Program-made: the position numbers and the translations under genes
Shown: positions 17,139 to 27,254 of the stretch, piece after piece
How positions within the stretch are numbered: position 1 is the first letter of the stretch
Layout: every line of letters starts with the position of its first letter
Notes under the pieces: model-generated
Database searches by the model: none
What the model was told of the DNA's origin: nothing
What the model saw: the letters and a program-made list of their open reading frames with translations, nothing else
Assembly (NCBI GenBank): GCA_031367345.1
Contig: JANLPR010000108.1
Span: 1,213-65,212 of the forward strand
DNA length: 64,000 bases
Reading direction: 5' to 3'
Source: Bacteroidota bacterium
GTDB lineage: Bacteria; Bacteroidota; Bacteroidia; AKYH767-A; 2013-40CM-41-45

Positions 17139-20100
17139 ATGCCGTCAGTTTTTACTTTTATTAGAATTTATTCAAGATTATTCTTGTTTTTTATAGTTGT
17201 TTCTATAGGAGGTAATTCGTTTGGCCAATCGGTATTACTCGACGATTTCAATAGAGCGAATAATAATACAGTTGGAGCGCCATGGATTGAAACTGAAACG
17301 GTTGCAGGTACTGGCGCAACAATTTCCGGAAATAATTTACGATTAGCGTCTACCACATCAGGTCGTGATTTCACGAGTTATGATGTTTCAACATTGTACA
17401 ATACTGTTTACTCGACCAATACCGGTTTGCTTACATGGGAGTTTAATATGCGCCAATCTCGCCTCGACCCATCAGGATTTGATGCCGGGAATTATGGAGT
17501 TGCATTTATTTTAGGATGTACATCGAGTAATTTTATGACGGGTAGCGGTTATGCAATTGTTCTTGGTAATTCCGGATCGGGTGATAATACGCGTCTCGTG
17601 CGCTTTGGTGCAGGAATGACGAGCAGCGCAACGCTTGCAGGTATCATTACACCAGTCAATGATTACGGATCTGAATATCTAACAATCAAAGTAACATACA
17701 ACCCGGTTGGAAATATTTGGAATCTGTTTACGGCCAGTAGTACCACTGCGTTTATTGATCCAACGGTAGCCGTTTATACAAATGTTGGTAGTGCATCCGA
17801 TGCAACTTATACAGGAACAGATCTGATGTATCTTGGCTGTTTATGGAATCACGCTTCAGGCGCTGCCGAAGCTGCGTTGTTCGATAATATCAGAATTCCA
17901 TCAGCATGTATATTAGATGCAGAGCCAACAATATCTTCTAGCGCTTTATCTTTTTCTGCTGTTGGTGCAAATTCAATGACATTAAATTGGACACGAGGGA
18001 ATGGCACAGAATGTATTATTATAGCTAGAAGCGGTAGTGCAGTAACGGCAACTCCAACAGATGGAGCAGTGTATTCAACAAACACAATTTTCGGAAGTGG
18101 TACACAAATCTCAGCAGGACAATATCTTGTTTACAGTGGATCGGGAACTTCGGCAACCATTACCGGATTAAGTGCAACGACTACATACTATTTTTCAATT
18201 TTTGAGTTTAATGGAACAGGTTGTACAGCGAATTTTTTGAATACAAGTCCGGCAACCGGATCTACTACCACCATTGGATGCGTGCTTGCATCCGAGCCAA
18301 CAATTCCTTCGAGCGCAGTAAGCGTTACTGCCACAAATCCAAATAGCTTAAAATTGAATTGGACAAGAGGCAACGGATCCTATTGTATTGTTGTTTGTCG
18401 TGGCGGTGGAATAATTACATCCTTACCTGTAGACGGAATAGCGTATGCAGCAAATGCAACGTATGGTTTAGGTAGCACAACAGCTCCAGGCGATTATGTA
18501 GTTTATTCCGGAACTTCAAATACAGTTACCGTCTTAGGATTAATGCCTGGCACATCTTACTTTTTTTCCGTTTTTGAAATGAATGGAACCGGATGTAATA
18601 CCAATTATCTCACGAGTCCGGCTTCAACTTCGGGAACTACTACATCAGTTGTATCGTACAGTTCTTATTTTGGAACACTTCATACTCACACCGCTTATTC
18701 AGATGGTGACTTAGATGGCTATTGTCCGGGTGCAGGAAGTGCAACATGTTGTTACGGGGTAGGCCGCACAGCGAACAATTATAATTTCATGGGCATTTCG
18801 GACCACAATCATAATGAAGGGCCGGTAATGACACCGGCAAAATATGCGAGTGGATTATCGGAAGCAACTGCTTACACTACGGCTAATCCTACATTTGCTG
18901 CTTTGTATGGAATGGAATGGGGGACAATTTCTACCGGAGGTCACGTAGCCATTTATGGAGTGAATCAATTGCTAGGTTGGAACTCGGGCAACTACGATGT
19001 TTATGTAGCAAAGGGAGATTATAATAGCTTGTTCAATATTGTAGCCAATACTTCAGGAGCTTTTGCCACGCTTTGTCACCCAAACACAACTGACTTTAAT
19101 AATTTATTAGGATCAGGATTTAATCAGACCTACGATAACGCAATCGTTGGTGTAGCGTTAAGAAACGGTCCGTATAATTCTATGAATACGACGTATTCTG
19201 ATCCTGCAGCAAGTAATACTATTTCTTATTGGCATACACTTTTATCAAAAGGGTATCATCTCGGACCAACCATAGACTTGGATAATCACAATTCGGTAAC
19301 TATGGGTAAATCGAGTCAGGGTCGTACAGTCGTATTAGCTCCATCATTGAGTCCTTCAAATGTGATGGAGGCTATGAGGAATATGCGTTTTTATGCTTCA
19401 GAAGACTTTAACTTAAATGTGAATTACAACATCAATGGAATTTTTCCAATGGGAAGTATTGTTACACAAACGGTAAACCCTACACTTAATGTTAGTACTG
19501 CTGATGGCGATGGCGAAACGACTACAACAATAAAAATATATTACGGAGTTCCCGGAAGTGGAACCCTACCAACGGTACTGACCTCAGCAAGTGCGTCGTC
19601 ATTAACTTATACGCACATATTTGGTTCCGGAACTTATTATTATTATGCAGAGATCACACAGGCAGATGGTCAGAAAGCGTATACGTCTCCAATTTGGTAC
19701 ACTAAAATTATTACACCATTGCCGATTGAGTTATTGTCATTTGATGGAAGTTATACTTCTTCCGGAAATGAATTGCAGTGGATAACAGCTTCAGAAATTA
19801 ACAATGATTATTTTAATCTGGAAAGAAGCCTTGACGGAGAAAATTTTTCTACGATAGCTAAAATAAAAGGAGCAGGAAATAGCACTAAAAACAATGAGTA
19901 TAGTTTTTTAGATGTATGGGCTCCAAGTGGTGTAAATTATTATCGATTAAAACAAACAGATTATGATAGCAAATTTACGTATTCCAATATAGTTGCAATT
20001 CGTTCTTTGAGCCGCGACGAATTATTTTTAGTGTATCCAAACCCATCCAACGGAAGTTTTATGGTTACAGTAAGTGATTTTTATAATGAAGGGTATGGTT

Positions 20101-20261
20101 TAAAAATCACCAATTCTGTAGGACAAGTTGTTTATTCGCTCGAGAATAGTACTGAAGGGCAATTGAAACTTCAACCTAACTTAAGAGATGGCATGTATAC
20201 ACTCAGTTTAATCATCAATAAGCAAGTCTATAACAAAAAGCTAATTATTAATTCGAAATAA
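17139..20261 (+). CDS. T9SS-secreted protein with lectin-like N-domain, two FN3-like modules and a PHP-type metallo-phosphoesterase-like domain
   Basis: Signal peptide. Two ~125-aa modules (EPTI.SSA.S.....NS..LNWTRGNG...Y.FS.FE.NGTGC). PHP-like motif GTLHTHTAYSDGD plus downstream H/D-rich segments (ISDHNHNE, LCHPN, DLDNHNS). PLPIELLSFDGS module and CTD (YPNPSNGSFMV...GMYTLSL...KKLIINSK). Confidence 0.8.
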   Translation: MPSVFTFIRIYSRLFLFFIVVSIGGNSFGQSVLLDDFNRANNNTVGAPWIETETVAGTGATISGNNLRLASTTSGRDFTSYDVSTLYNTVYSTNTGLLTWEFNMRQSRLDPSGFDAGNYGVAFILGCTSSNFMTGSGYAIVLGNSGSGDNTRLVRFGAGMTSSATLAGIITPVNDYGSEYLTIKVTYNPVGNIWNLFTASSTTAFIDPTVAVYTNVGSASDATYTGTDLMYLGCLWNHASGAAEAALFDNIRIPSACILDAEPTISSSALSFSAVGANSMTLNWTRGNGTECIIIARSGSAVTATPTDGAVYSTNTIFGSGTQISAGQYLVYSGSGTSATITGLSATTTYYFSIFEFNGTGCTANFLNTSPATGSTTTIGCVLASEPTIPSSAVSVTATNPNSLKLNWTRGNGSYCIVVCRGGGIITSLPVDGIAYAANATYGLGSTTAPGDYVVYSGTSNTVTVLGLMPGTSYFFSVFEMNGTGCNTNYLTSPASTSGTTTSVVSYSSYFGTLHTHTAYSDGDLDGYCPGAGSATCCYGVGRTANNYNFMGISDHNHNEGPVMTPAKYASGLSEATAYTTANPTFAALYGMEWGTISTGGHVAIYGVNQLLGWNSGNYDVYVAKGDYNSLFNIVANTSGAFATLCHPNTTDFNNLLGSGFNQTYDNAIVGVALRNGPYNSMNTTYSDPAASNTISYWHTLLSKGYHLGPTIDLDNHNSVTMGKSSQGRTVVLAPSLSPSNVMEAMRNMRFYASEDFNLNVNYNINGIFPMGSIVTQTVNPTLNVSTADGDGETTTTIKIYYGVPGSGTLPTVLTSASASSLTYTHIFGSGTYYYYAEITQADGQKAYTSPIWYTKIITPLPIELLSFDGSYTSSGNELQWITASEINNDYFNLERSLDGENFSTIAKIKGAGNSTKNNEYSFLDVWAPSGVNYYRLKQTDYDSKFTYSNIVAIRSLSRDELFLVYPNPSNGSFMVTVSDFYNEGYGLKITNSVGQVVYSLENSTEGQLKLQPNLRDGMYTLSLIINKQVYNKKLIINSK

Positions 20262-20430
20262 ATTTTCTTTCACAGCGGAGTTTGTTTTAGAAGTTATTTT
20301 ATTGAAAATATATTTTCATTTAAGCAATTTAATCGTCGTAATTGGAAACAAAAACCGATTAGATGAGTAAAGAGAATATTAAATATGGTTGGCTTTTAGT
20401 AGCAAACCTTTCATAGATATTCACACACCA

Positions 20431-22470
20431 ATGGGCAAACATTTCCTCTTTCTACTTTCTTTCATAGGCTTACTCCTTTTCAAGCAGACATCTGTTTTAG
20501 CAATTGCCAACGAGCCGTGGGTGCAATCACTTTCAATCACCTCGAGTGCCGGGGCTTGTAATGAAATCAATATTTCAGTTGTTCCTGGAGATGGTGCAAG
20601 GCGAATAGTAATTGTAAGAGCCGGAGCACCTGTAAGTGTTGTGCCGGTAGATGGCACAGGATATAATGGTGGTTCGATCTATGGTACTGGTACTAATATG
20701 GGGAATGGCAATTTTGTAGTATTCAGTGGAAGTGGAAATGCTACAACGATTAATGGATTTGATGGTGGTGCTCAATATTTTTTCGCATCGTTCGAATTCA
20801 ATGGTGTAGGATCTAATTCGAATTATTTAACAAGTGGATCACCAATAGATAGTGCAATTGCGCCCGGAATTTCTATGACGGTTTTATCTTCTTCAGGCGA
20901 CATTTGTCAAGGTAGTAGCGTGCAACTTCAAGCTGCAGGTGCTGTAACTTATGAATGGTCTCCTACGTCTACTTTGTCTGATTCAACCGGATCCATTGTT
21001 ACCGCAACTCCACTTTCAACTACTACTTACATTGTGCTAGGCACTGATGCTAACGGATGTCAGGATACGAAATCGTTAAACATTATTGTGAATACTCCGC
21101 CGGCTGTTTCTCTTAGTTCATTCCAAAGTATTTGTATCAATGAAGGTGTTGTCACATTATCAGGTGGAGCTCCGGTTGGTGGAACTTATTCCGGATCTGG
21201 AATTTCAAACGGTCAATTAAATCCGGTAATTGCCGGTCCGGGAACGCTCGCTATCGACTATACTTACACTAATATTCATGGTTGCACTGCTACGGCCTCA
21301 AGTACTATACAAATAAAAAATGCGCCGGTTGTAACTCTTGGAAATTTTAATGCTATGTGTATAGACGGATCTCCTATTGCACTTAGCGGAGGCTCTCCAA
21401 TGGGTGGAACGTATTCTGGTACTGCTGTCAATGGACAAGGTGTCTTTAGTCCGGTGAATGCAGGACTAGGAACTCATTCAATAAAATACATTGTGTCAGC
21501 GCAAGGCTGCTCTGATACTTCTGTTTCATCGATCACTGTTAATCCCTTGCCTGTAGTTTCTTTTGCAACTTTATCGCCAACTTGTTTAAATACCACTCCA
21601 TTTAATTTAAGCGGCGGAACACCTGTAGGTGGAAATTATACCGGTATAGGAATAGTCAGTAATCAATTTCGTCCTGCTGTTGCAGGTGTTGGAACGGTAT
21701 TTTTAACTTACACGTATACCAATTCCAATGGTTGTACTGCTTCCGATACGTCTGCATTAAGAGTGAATGGATTGCCAACCGTTACGTTCTCTACATTGAA
21801 TGCCGTTTGTGCAAATACAGGTCCTGTAAATCTAACGCAAGGTTCTCCTGCCGGTGGAGTGTATAGCGGACTTGGCATTGGCGGAAATACTTTTTACACT
21901 GGTATTGCAGGGCCGGGAACTCATCCGCTGGTGTATACTTATCGCGACAATAATAACTGTTCAAACAGTGCAACACAAAATATTACTGTCAATGATATTC
22001 CTGCCGTAAATCTTGGTCGTGATACATTGATTTGTTCTGATGCATCTATTACTCTCAACGGTGGAAACTGGTCAAGTTATAATTGGTCTAACGGAGCAAC
22101 TGCTCCCACAATTCATCTTGACACAGCCGGTCGAGGCATAGGAACCTTCCGATTTATTTTATTGGCAACAAATCAATTTACATGTGCAAATAGAGATACG
22201 GTCTTTGTTACCTTCGATGTGTGCAGCAAAATTGTTAACCAAGAACTTTCTAATTTGAATGCTTTTCCTAACCCTTTTTCAGAATCAATTCAATTATCCT
22301 ACTATGATAAATACGATGTTTTTGTTTTTGATATAACCGGGAAATTGGTGTTTGAAAAGAAAGACGTTAGTTCATTGCTTACTTTTGGAAATGAATTGAA
22401 AGTTGGTGTTTACTTAGTTAAACTAGTGACAAGCAAAGGGGAATATAAAAAAATAGTTGTTAAAGAGTAG
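20431..22470 (+). CDS. T9SS-secreted protein with one FN3-like module and 5-6 tandem ~75-aa Cys-bracketed Ig-like repeats
   Basis: Start moved to ATG 20431 (MGKHFLFLLSFIGLLLFKQTSVLA). Repeats follow the pattern C....V.LSGG.P.GGTYSG.G.....F.P...G.GT..I.Y.YT...GC. CTD FPNPFSESIQL...GVYLVKL...KKIVVKE. Confidence 0.8.
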   Translation: MGKHFLFLLSFIGLLLFKQTSVLAIANEPWVQSLSITSSAGACNEINISVVPGDGARRIVIVRAGAPVSVVPVDGTGYNGGSIYGTGTNMGNGNFVVFSGSGNATTINGFDGGAQYFFASFEFNGVGSNSNYLTSGSPIDSAIAPGISMTVLSSSGDICQGSSVQLQAAGAVTYEWSPTSTLSDSTGSIVTATPLSTTTYIVLGTDANGCQDTKSLNIIVNTPPAVSLSSFQSICINEGVVTLSGGAPVGGTYSGSGISNGQLNPVIAGPGTLAIDYTYTNIHGCTATASSTIQIKNAPVVTLGNFNAMCIDGSPIALSGGSPMGGTYSGTAVNGQGVFSPVNAGLGTHSIKYIVSAQGCSDTSVSSITVNPLPVVSFATLSPTCLNTTPFNLSGGTPVGGNYTGIGIVSNQFRPAVAGVGTVFLTYTYTNSNGCTASDTSALRVNGLPTVTFSTLNAVCANTGPVNLTQGSPAGGVYSGLGIGGNTFYTGIAGPGTHPLVYTYRDNNNCSNSATQNITVNDIPAVNLGRDTLICSDASITLNGGNWSSYNWSNGATAPTIHLDTAGRGIGTFRFILLATNQFTCANRDTVFVTFDVCSKIVNQELSNLNAFPNPFSESIQLSYYDKYDVFVFDITGKLVFEKKDVSSLLTFGNELKVGVYLVKLVTSKGEYKKIVVKE

Positions 22471-22535
22471 AAAAACGTTTTCAACCGACCCCCAAAAAAC
22501 CGTTAGTAAATCTTTCTTAAGAGTCAAAAAAAACT

Positions 22536-22566
22536 CTTGCAAAATTGATTCGCTCATATATCTTTG
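22536..22566 (+). promoter_or_regulatory. Candidate Bacteroidota sigma-A promoter (-33 TTG / -7 TAnnTTTG)
   Basis: TTG at 22537-22539 and TATCTTTG at 22559-22566 with a 19-nt spacer, about 20 nt upstream of ATG 22587. Confidence 0.4.
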
Positions 22567-22586
22567 CGATAAGCAGGGATAAAAAA

Positions 22587-22946
22587 ATGGTTAAACTAAA
22601 TCTCACAGAACAGGAAACACTTTTGATGAAAAGGGTTTGCGAATTACAACTAGATTCTTTCGATCGAATTCTTAGCGGTCACCGTGAATTTGATATAGAA
22701 GAAAAATTAAAGGAGCATCAGGTAAGTGAGCCCGAATTAAAAGAGATGATCACCGAAGTGGTAAAGCAATACATGGTGATCTGTCATAAACCAGAAACGC
22801 TCTTTCATCAAAACGCCGACTTGCTTGGAAATTTTAGAGATGCACTTGATTTTAATATCGAATCGCTTCCCGATCATAGCAACCATATTCCCACTTTGTT
22901 GAATAAGATCGATTATGCAATGTTTATTGCTCAACATAAGAACTAG
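22587..22946 (+). CDS. Hypothetical cytoplasmic protein
   Basis: 119 aa from ATG 22587 (MVKLNLTEQETLL...). No signal peptide and no recognised motifs. Confidence 0.5.
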   Translation: MVKLNLTEQETLLMKRVCELQLDSFDRILSGHREFDIEEKLKEHQVSEPELKEMITEVVKQYMVICHKPETLFHQNADLLGNFRDALDFNIESLPDHSNHIPTLLNKIDYAMFIAQHKN

Positions 22947-23029
22947 TTCTTAGTTTTTCTCATAGGTAAATTGTTTATAATTTAAGACGGCCCGATTTTT
23001 TGTAGCTATAAAACCGGTACTTTTACTCA

Positions 23030-25243
23030 ATGAAAAAGTATATCGGCGTAATTATTCTGTTTCTCTTTGCCAATTCGGTATCAGCGCAGTTTTATTTTAA
23101 TAGAGATGTTTCTATTCCTGTAACCAACAGCGGTGTTCCATTAAGAATGCCATGGACAGGCGGCCTAAATTTTCCATTGTTTTCGCAAATCGATTTTAAC
23201 CACGACGGATTGCAAGATCTTTTTGTTTTTGACAGAAGCGATAATCGAGTAACTACCTATCTCAATAATGGTAATGCTGGAACTACATGCTGGGAATATG
23301 CACCTGAATACGAAAATGCTTTTCCTCGAATGAATGGCTGGGCGTTTTTATACGACTATAATTGCGATGGAAAACCGGATCTTTTTACAGTAGGTTTTCG
23401 GAACAATAGTATTTCTCAATATGTAAATGATTCGCCTCTTGGTGGATTGCATTTTAGTCTAGTAGATTCTGCTATGCTTATGGATGGCGGAATTGGTGGG
23501 CCTACTAATATTTTTGCTAGCGGATTGTTAATGCCCAATTTTAACGACATCGATAACGATGGCGATATGGATATTATAGGTCAGCAATTTCAATGTGTAG
23601 GATCATTCGCATATTACAAAAATTATTCGATGGAAGATTATGGTGTTTGTGATTCTCTAAATGATTATAGTCTCGAAACTAATTCGTGGGGAAAATTTGC
23701 TTTAAGGTCAGGAGTGTTCAGCGTTGTATCAATTGGGTTTTACAATATCAACTGTTTTAGTTCCGGGCAGCCGTCGTACGATATGTCAGCCGCTGCACCA
23801 ATGGACGATACCTTTGCGAATATTTTTACGATCGATATTGATGGTGATGGTGATAAAGATGCATTGATTGGTGATTCGCAAACTCATAATAGTTTACTTG
23901 CAATAAATGGCGGCGATCCTAATGTAGCTTTTGTAACGGGTCAAGATTCTATGTTTCCGAATTATAATGTGCCGGTCGATCTTCAGTCGTTTACTATGCA
24001 TTCGTATGTTGACGTAGACAATGACAATATTCGTGACTTGATTGTCTCGAACTACGAATATGAAAATAATCGTGGTTGTTATTTTTATAAAAACATTGGT
24101 ACGGATGCTTCGCCGGTATTTTCTTATAATCAGAATGATTTTATGCAAGATCAGATGATCGATGTAGGCGATGCGGCTTCGCCGGTTCTTTACGACTACA
24201 ATAATGATGGCCTGCTTGATCTTATCATCGGCAATAAATCCAAAACTACGAGTCCTACATTGTACACCTCCGGCCTTACGCTCTATAAAAATATCGGAAC
24301 AATAAATAATCCAGCGTTTGAATTTGTTACCGACGATTTTGCAGGCTTAGTTGCAAGCCAATATGTAGGTAAATTATCTCCTGCATTTGGAGATATAGAC
24401 GGAGACGGTGATCAAGACATGTTACTTGGCTATAATACCGGAAAAATTATTTATTACAAAAATGACGGAGGGAATTTTGTTTTGAATACAACTAATTACA
24501 TGAGTATTGATGTTGGAAATGCTTCCTCGATACAGATCTTCGATGTTAACCGAGATGGATTACTCGATTTAATAGTAGGAGAACAAAACGGTTTATTGAA
24601 TTATTTTGAGAATGTAGGAACAAGCACATCTGCGCTTTTTGCTGTTTCGCCAACGGTATCTCCATTTGGCAATATCTTATTGAATGTTACACCTACAATT
24701 GATGGCTTCACAACATCGCATGTGTTTCGTCAAAATAACGATACGAAAATGTTAGTGTCAAATATGAATGGGGAAGTTATGCTTTATGGAAATATTGATA
24801 GCAATGTAACAGGCACATTTACTTTTCTGGATACTATAGCTACTAAGTATGCCGGCAATCGATATGGATATCTGACTTCACTGGGCGGTGGTGATTTGAA
24901 TGGTGATGGAAGAGAAGATATGGTGCTTGGTTTTTATGCAGGAGGAGTACAGATTTCTTTTCAAAGTCAGTTAAACGAAATAATTTCTTTAAGAACGAAG
25001 AATATACTTGATGTTTTTCCAAATCCTTCAAATGGAGAATTTGTGCTGAAGATGATAACGAAAGAAAGTAAAGTTCCATTTGACATTGTTGATGTACAAG
25101 GAAAAAAAGTTTTTGATGGACAATTAATCGATGGCTATTCTGTTGTTAAATTGCCGCACATTTCACCCGGTATTTATTTTCTCAAAGTATTTTCTCCGGC
25201 CAATAATCAACTGATTAAAGTTGTTGTAACTGAAAATAACTAA
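23030..25243 (+). CDS. FG-GAP/VCBS repeat protein with T9SS C-terminal sorting domain
   Basis: Signal peptide MKKYIGVIILFLFANSVSAQ. Repeated Ca-binding loops DFNHDGLQDLFV, DIDNDGDMDIIG, DIDGDGDKDALIG, DYNNDGLLDLIIG, DIDGDGDQDMLLG, DVNRDGLLDLIVG, DLNGDGREDMVLG. CTD FPNPSNGEFVL...GIYFLKV. Confidence 0.9.
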   Translation: MKKYIGVIILFLFANSVSAQFYFNRDVSIPVTNSGVPLRMPWTGGLNFPLFSQIDFNHDGLQDLFVFDRSDNRVTTYLNNGNAGTTCWEYAPEYENAFPRMNGWAFLYDYNCDGKPDLFTVGFRNNSISQYVNDSPLGGLHFSLVDSAMLMDGGIGGPTNIFASGLLMPNFNDIDNDGDMDIIGQQFQCVGSFAYYKNYSMEDYGVCDSLNDYSLETNSWGKFALRSGVFSVVSIGFYNINCFSSGQPSYDMSAAAPMDDTFANIFTIDIDGDGDKDALIGDSQTHNSLLAINGGDPNVAFVTGQDSMFPNYNVPVDLQSFTMHSYVDVDNDNIRDLIVSNYEYENNRGCYFYKNIGTDASPVFSYNQNDFMQDQMIDVGDAASPVLYDYNNDGLLDLIIGNKSKTTSPTLYTSGLTLYKNIGTINNPAFEFVTDDFAGLVASQYVGKLSPAFGDIDGDGDQDMLLGYNTGKIIYYKNDGGNFVLNTTNYMSIDVGNASSIQIFDVNRDGLLDLIVGEQNGLLNYFENVGTSTSALFAVSPTVSPFGNILLNVTPTIDGFTTSHVFRQNNDTKMLVSNMNGEVMLYGNIDSNVTGTFTFLDTIATKYAGNRYGYLTSLGGGDLNGDGREDMVLGFYAGGVQISFQSQLNEIISLRTKNILDVFPNPSNGEFVLKMITKESKVPFDIVDVQGKKVFDGQLIDGYSVVKLPHISPGIYFLKVFSPANNQLIKVVVTENN

Positions 25244-25250
25244 GGTCTGA

Positions 25251-25925
25251 ATGATTATGAAAGAGGAAGCTTACATTCAGTTATCGGAAAATTATCCAAT
25301 TAAAGTTGGAGAATTCGACCTTCAAATTTTACGGATCAAAGAGATTGATGAATTATTTTCTCATTTACTCAATAAAGATCCGGATGCACTTGAATTGACA
25401 GATGAGCGAATGCCATATTGGGTAGAGTTGTGGCCATCTGCTATTGGGCTGTCGTCGCATTTATGTAAAATGAGAAATGCAATTCACGGTAAAAAAATTA
25501 TTGAACTTGGTTGCGGACTAGGCTTACCTGGAATTGTTGCTGCGAAGTTGGGTGGAGATATTCTAATGACCGATTATCTTGACGAAGCCATTGCATTCGC
25601 AAAAATAAATTGGACCAAAAATTTATCGGCAGAATTCCAAGGTAAGAGAATTGATTGGAGAGAAGTAGATAAAGCAATTAAGTACGATATAATTTTAGCT
25701 TCAGACGTTGCCTATGAAAGTCGATCGTTTAATCCTTTGATTTCAAGTCTAAAATCATTATTGAAAGAAGACGGAACAATTTATATAAGCGAGCCAAATC
25801 GAAAATTTACTTCACCTTTTATTAAATTGTTATCGAAAGAATTCGCCGTTACCAAATTTGATCACAATGTAGTTTTAGATACTATTTCGTATGTGGTTTC
25901 TGTTTATGAATGCACGTTTTTGTGA
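25251..25925 (+). CDS. Class I SAM-dependent methyltransferase (Methyltransf_16-like)
   Basis: Motif I KKIIELGCGLGLPGIVAAKLGG followed by ILMTDY, then post-I/II motifs (IILASDVAY). Confidence 0.75.
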   Translation: MIMKEEAYIQLSENYPIKVGEFDLQILRIKEIDELFSHLLNKDPDALELTDERMPYWVELWPSAIGLSSHLCKMRNAIHGKKIIELGCGLGLPGIVAAKLGGDILMTDYLDEAIAFAKINWTKNLSAEFQGKRIDWREVDKAIKYDIILASDVAYESRSFNPLISSLKSLLKEDGTIYISEPNRKFTSPFIKLLSKEFAVTKFDHNVVLDTISYVVSVYECTFL

Positions 25926-25995
25926 GAAGATCGATATCGAATTTCACTCATTTATGAGACAGGATTTTTAGATTTTTGTATTCATCTTTATAGCC

Positions 25996-26694
25996 ATGAA
26001 CTTAGAAAAGCTAAAAGGATACGCCGATGATTTGTTATGGATCTTTTATCCGAAAATTTGTGCAGCATGTGAGCGACCGTTATTAATTGGTGAAGATTGT
26101 CTGTGTACATTTTGCAAGTTTTATTTACCTAAAACAAATTTTCATCATGAAAAAATAAATCCGATAGCAAAACATTTCTGGGGTAAAGTGCCAATAGAGG
26201 CTGCAACCGGTTATTATTATTTTACGAAAGGTGAAAAAGTTCAGCGGATGATTCATAATTTAAAATACAAAGACCGGAAAGATGTAGGTCGATTAGTTGG
26301 GGAGTTGATGGGGGCAGAGCTGGTCAATTCATCGTTTCCTAAAGTGGATATGATCGTTTCAGTCCCGCTTCATGATAAAAAATTAAAAGCCAGGGGCTAT
26401 AATCAAAGCGATTGTATTGCTGAAGGTCTGGCTTCTCAAACGGGATTGGTATTTGAGCCAAAGATGATTTATCGAAACAGAGAAACTACTACTCAAACTA
26501 GAAAGCATCGCTATGAGAGGTATTCTAACGTTGAAAATGTTTTTGAAGTGAATAGAGACTTTTTACCCGACAACAAACATATTTTATTGGTTGATGATGT
26601 AATTACAACCGGAAGCACTTTGATTTCATGTGCCGAATCGTTGTTGAAGGTGCCGGGCACAAAGGTGTCGATCGCGGCTATGGCATGTGCGTAA
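25996..26694 (+). CDS. ComF-family phosphoribosyltransferase-domain protein
   Basis: N-terminal Cys pairs (CAACERP...CTFC) and PRPP-binding loop ILLVDDVITTGSTL. Size is typical of ComF/GntX. Confidence 0.85.
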   Translation: MNLEKLKGYADDLLWIFYPKICAACERPLLIGEDCLCTFCKFYLPKTNFHHEKINPIAKHFWGKVPIEAATGYYYFTKGEKVQRMIHNLKYKDRKDVGRLVGELMGAELVNSSFPKVDMIVSVPLHDKKLKARGYNQSDCIAEGLASQTGLVFEPKMIYRNRETTTQTRKHRYERYSNVENVFEVNRDFLPDNKHILLVDDVITTGSTLISCAESLLKVPGTKVSIAAMACA

Positions 26695-26759
26695 TGCGGA
26701 ATTTTGCCATGCTATTTACTTTAATTTGCACTTAAAAATTAGCATCTTTGCATCTGATT

Positions 26760-27254
26760 ATGGCGGAAAGTATTTATACCGATAGTAATTTAAGTAAGGA
26801 GGAAAAGTACATCGCTCTCCTTCCTCAATTACATGCTCTCACAGAATTTGAAGATGACGGCACAGCAAATATTGCAAATGTAGTTGCTGCCTTACGTGAA
26901 GTCTTTTCATTTTTTTGGATTGGGATTTATTTTGTAAAAGAAACAAAAAAAGGAGAAGAGCTAGTGCTTGGCCCATTTCAAGGCCCTGTAGCTTGTACGC
27001 GAATAGCTAAAGGTAAGGGTGTTTGTGGCAGTAGTTGGGAAAAAGGCACAGCAATTGTAGTTCCTGATGTAGATCTTTTTCCTGGGCACATAGCTTGTAG
27101 TTCTGCTTCAAAATCAGAAATAGTTCTACCAATTATCAAAAATAATATTGTTGTAGCCGTGCTCGATGTAGACAGTGAATTTGTTGCACATTTCGATGAT
27201 ACAGATGAAAAGTATTTGACAAAAGTATGTGATCTATTATTGAAATTTATATGA
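26760..27254 (+). CDS. msrC: GAF-domain free methionine-(R)-sulfoxide reductase
   Basis: GPFQGPVACTRIAKGKGVCGSSWEKGTAIVVPDVDLFPGHIACSSASKSEIVLPI matches the YebR/fRMsr signature. Start moved to ATG 26760 (MAESIY...). Confidence 0.8.
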   Translation: MAESIYTDSNLSKEEKYIALLPQLHALTEFEDDGTANIANVVAALREVFSFFWIGIYFVKETKKGEELVLGPFQGPVACTRIAKGKGVCGSSWEKGTAIVVPDVDLFPGHIACSSASKSEIVLPIIKNNIVVAVLDVDSEFVAHFDDTDEKYLTKVCDLLLKFI

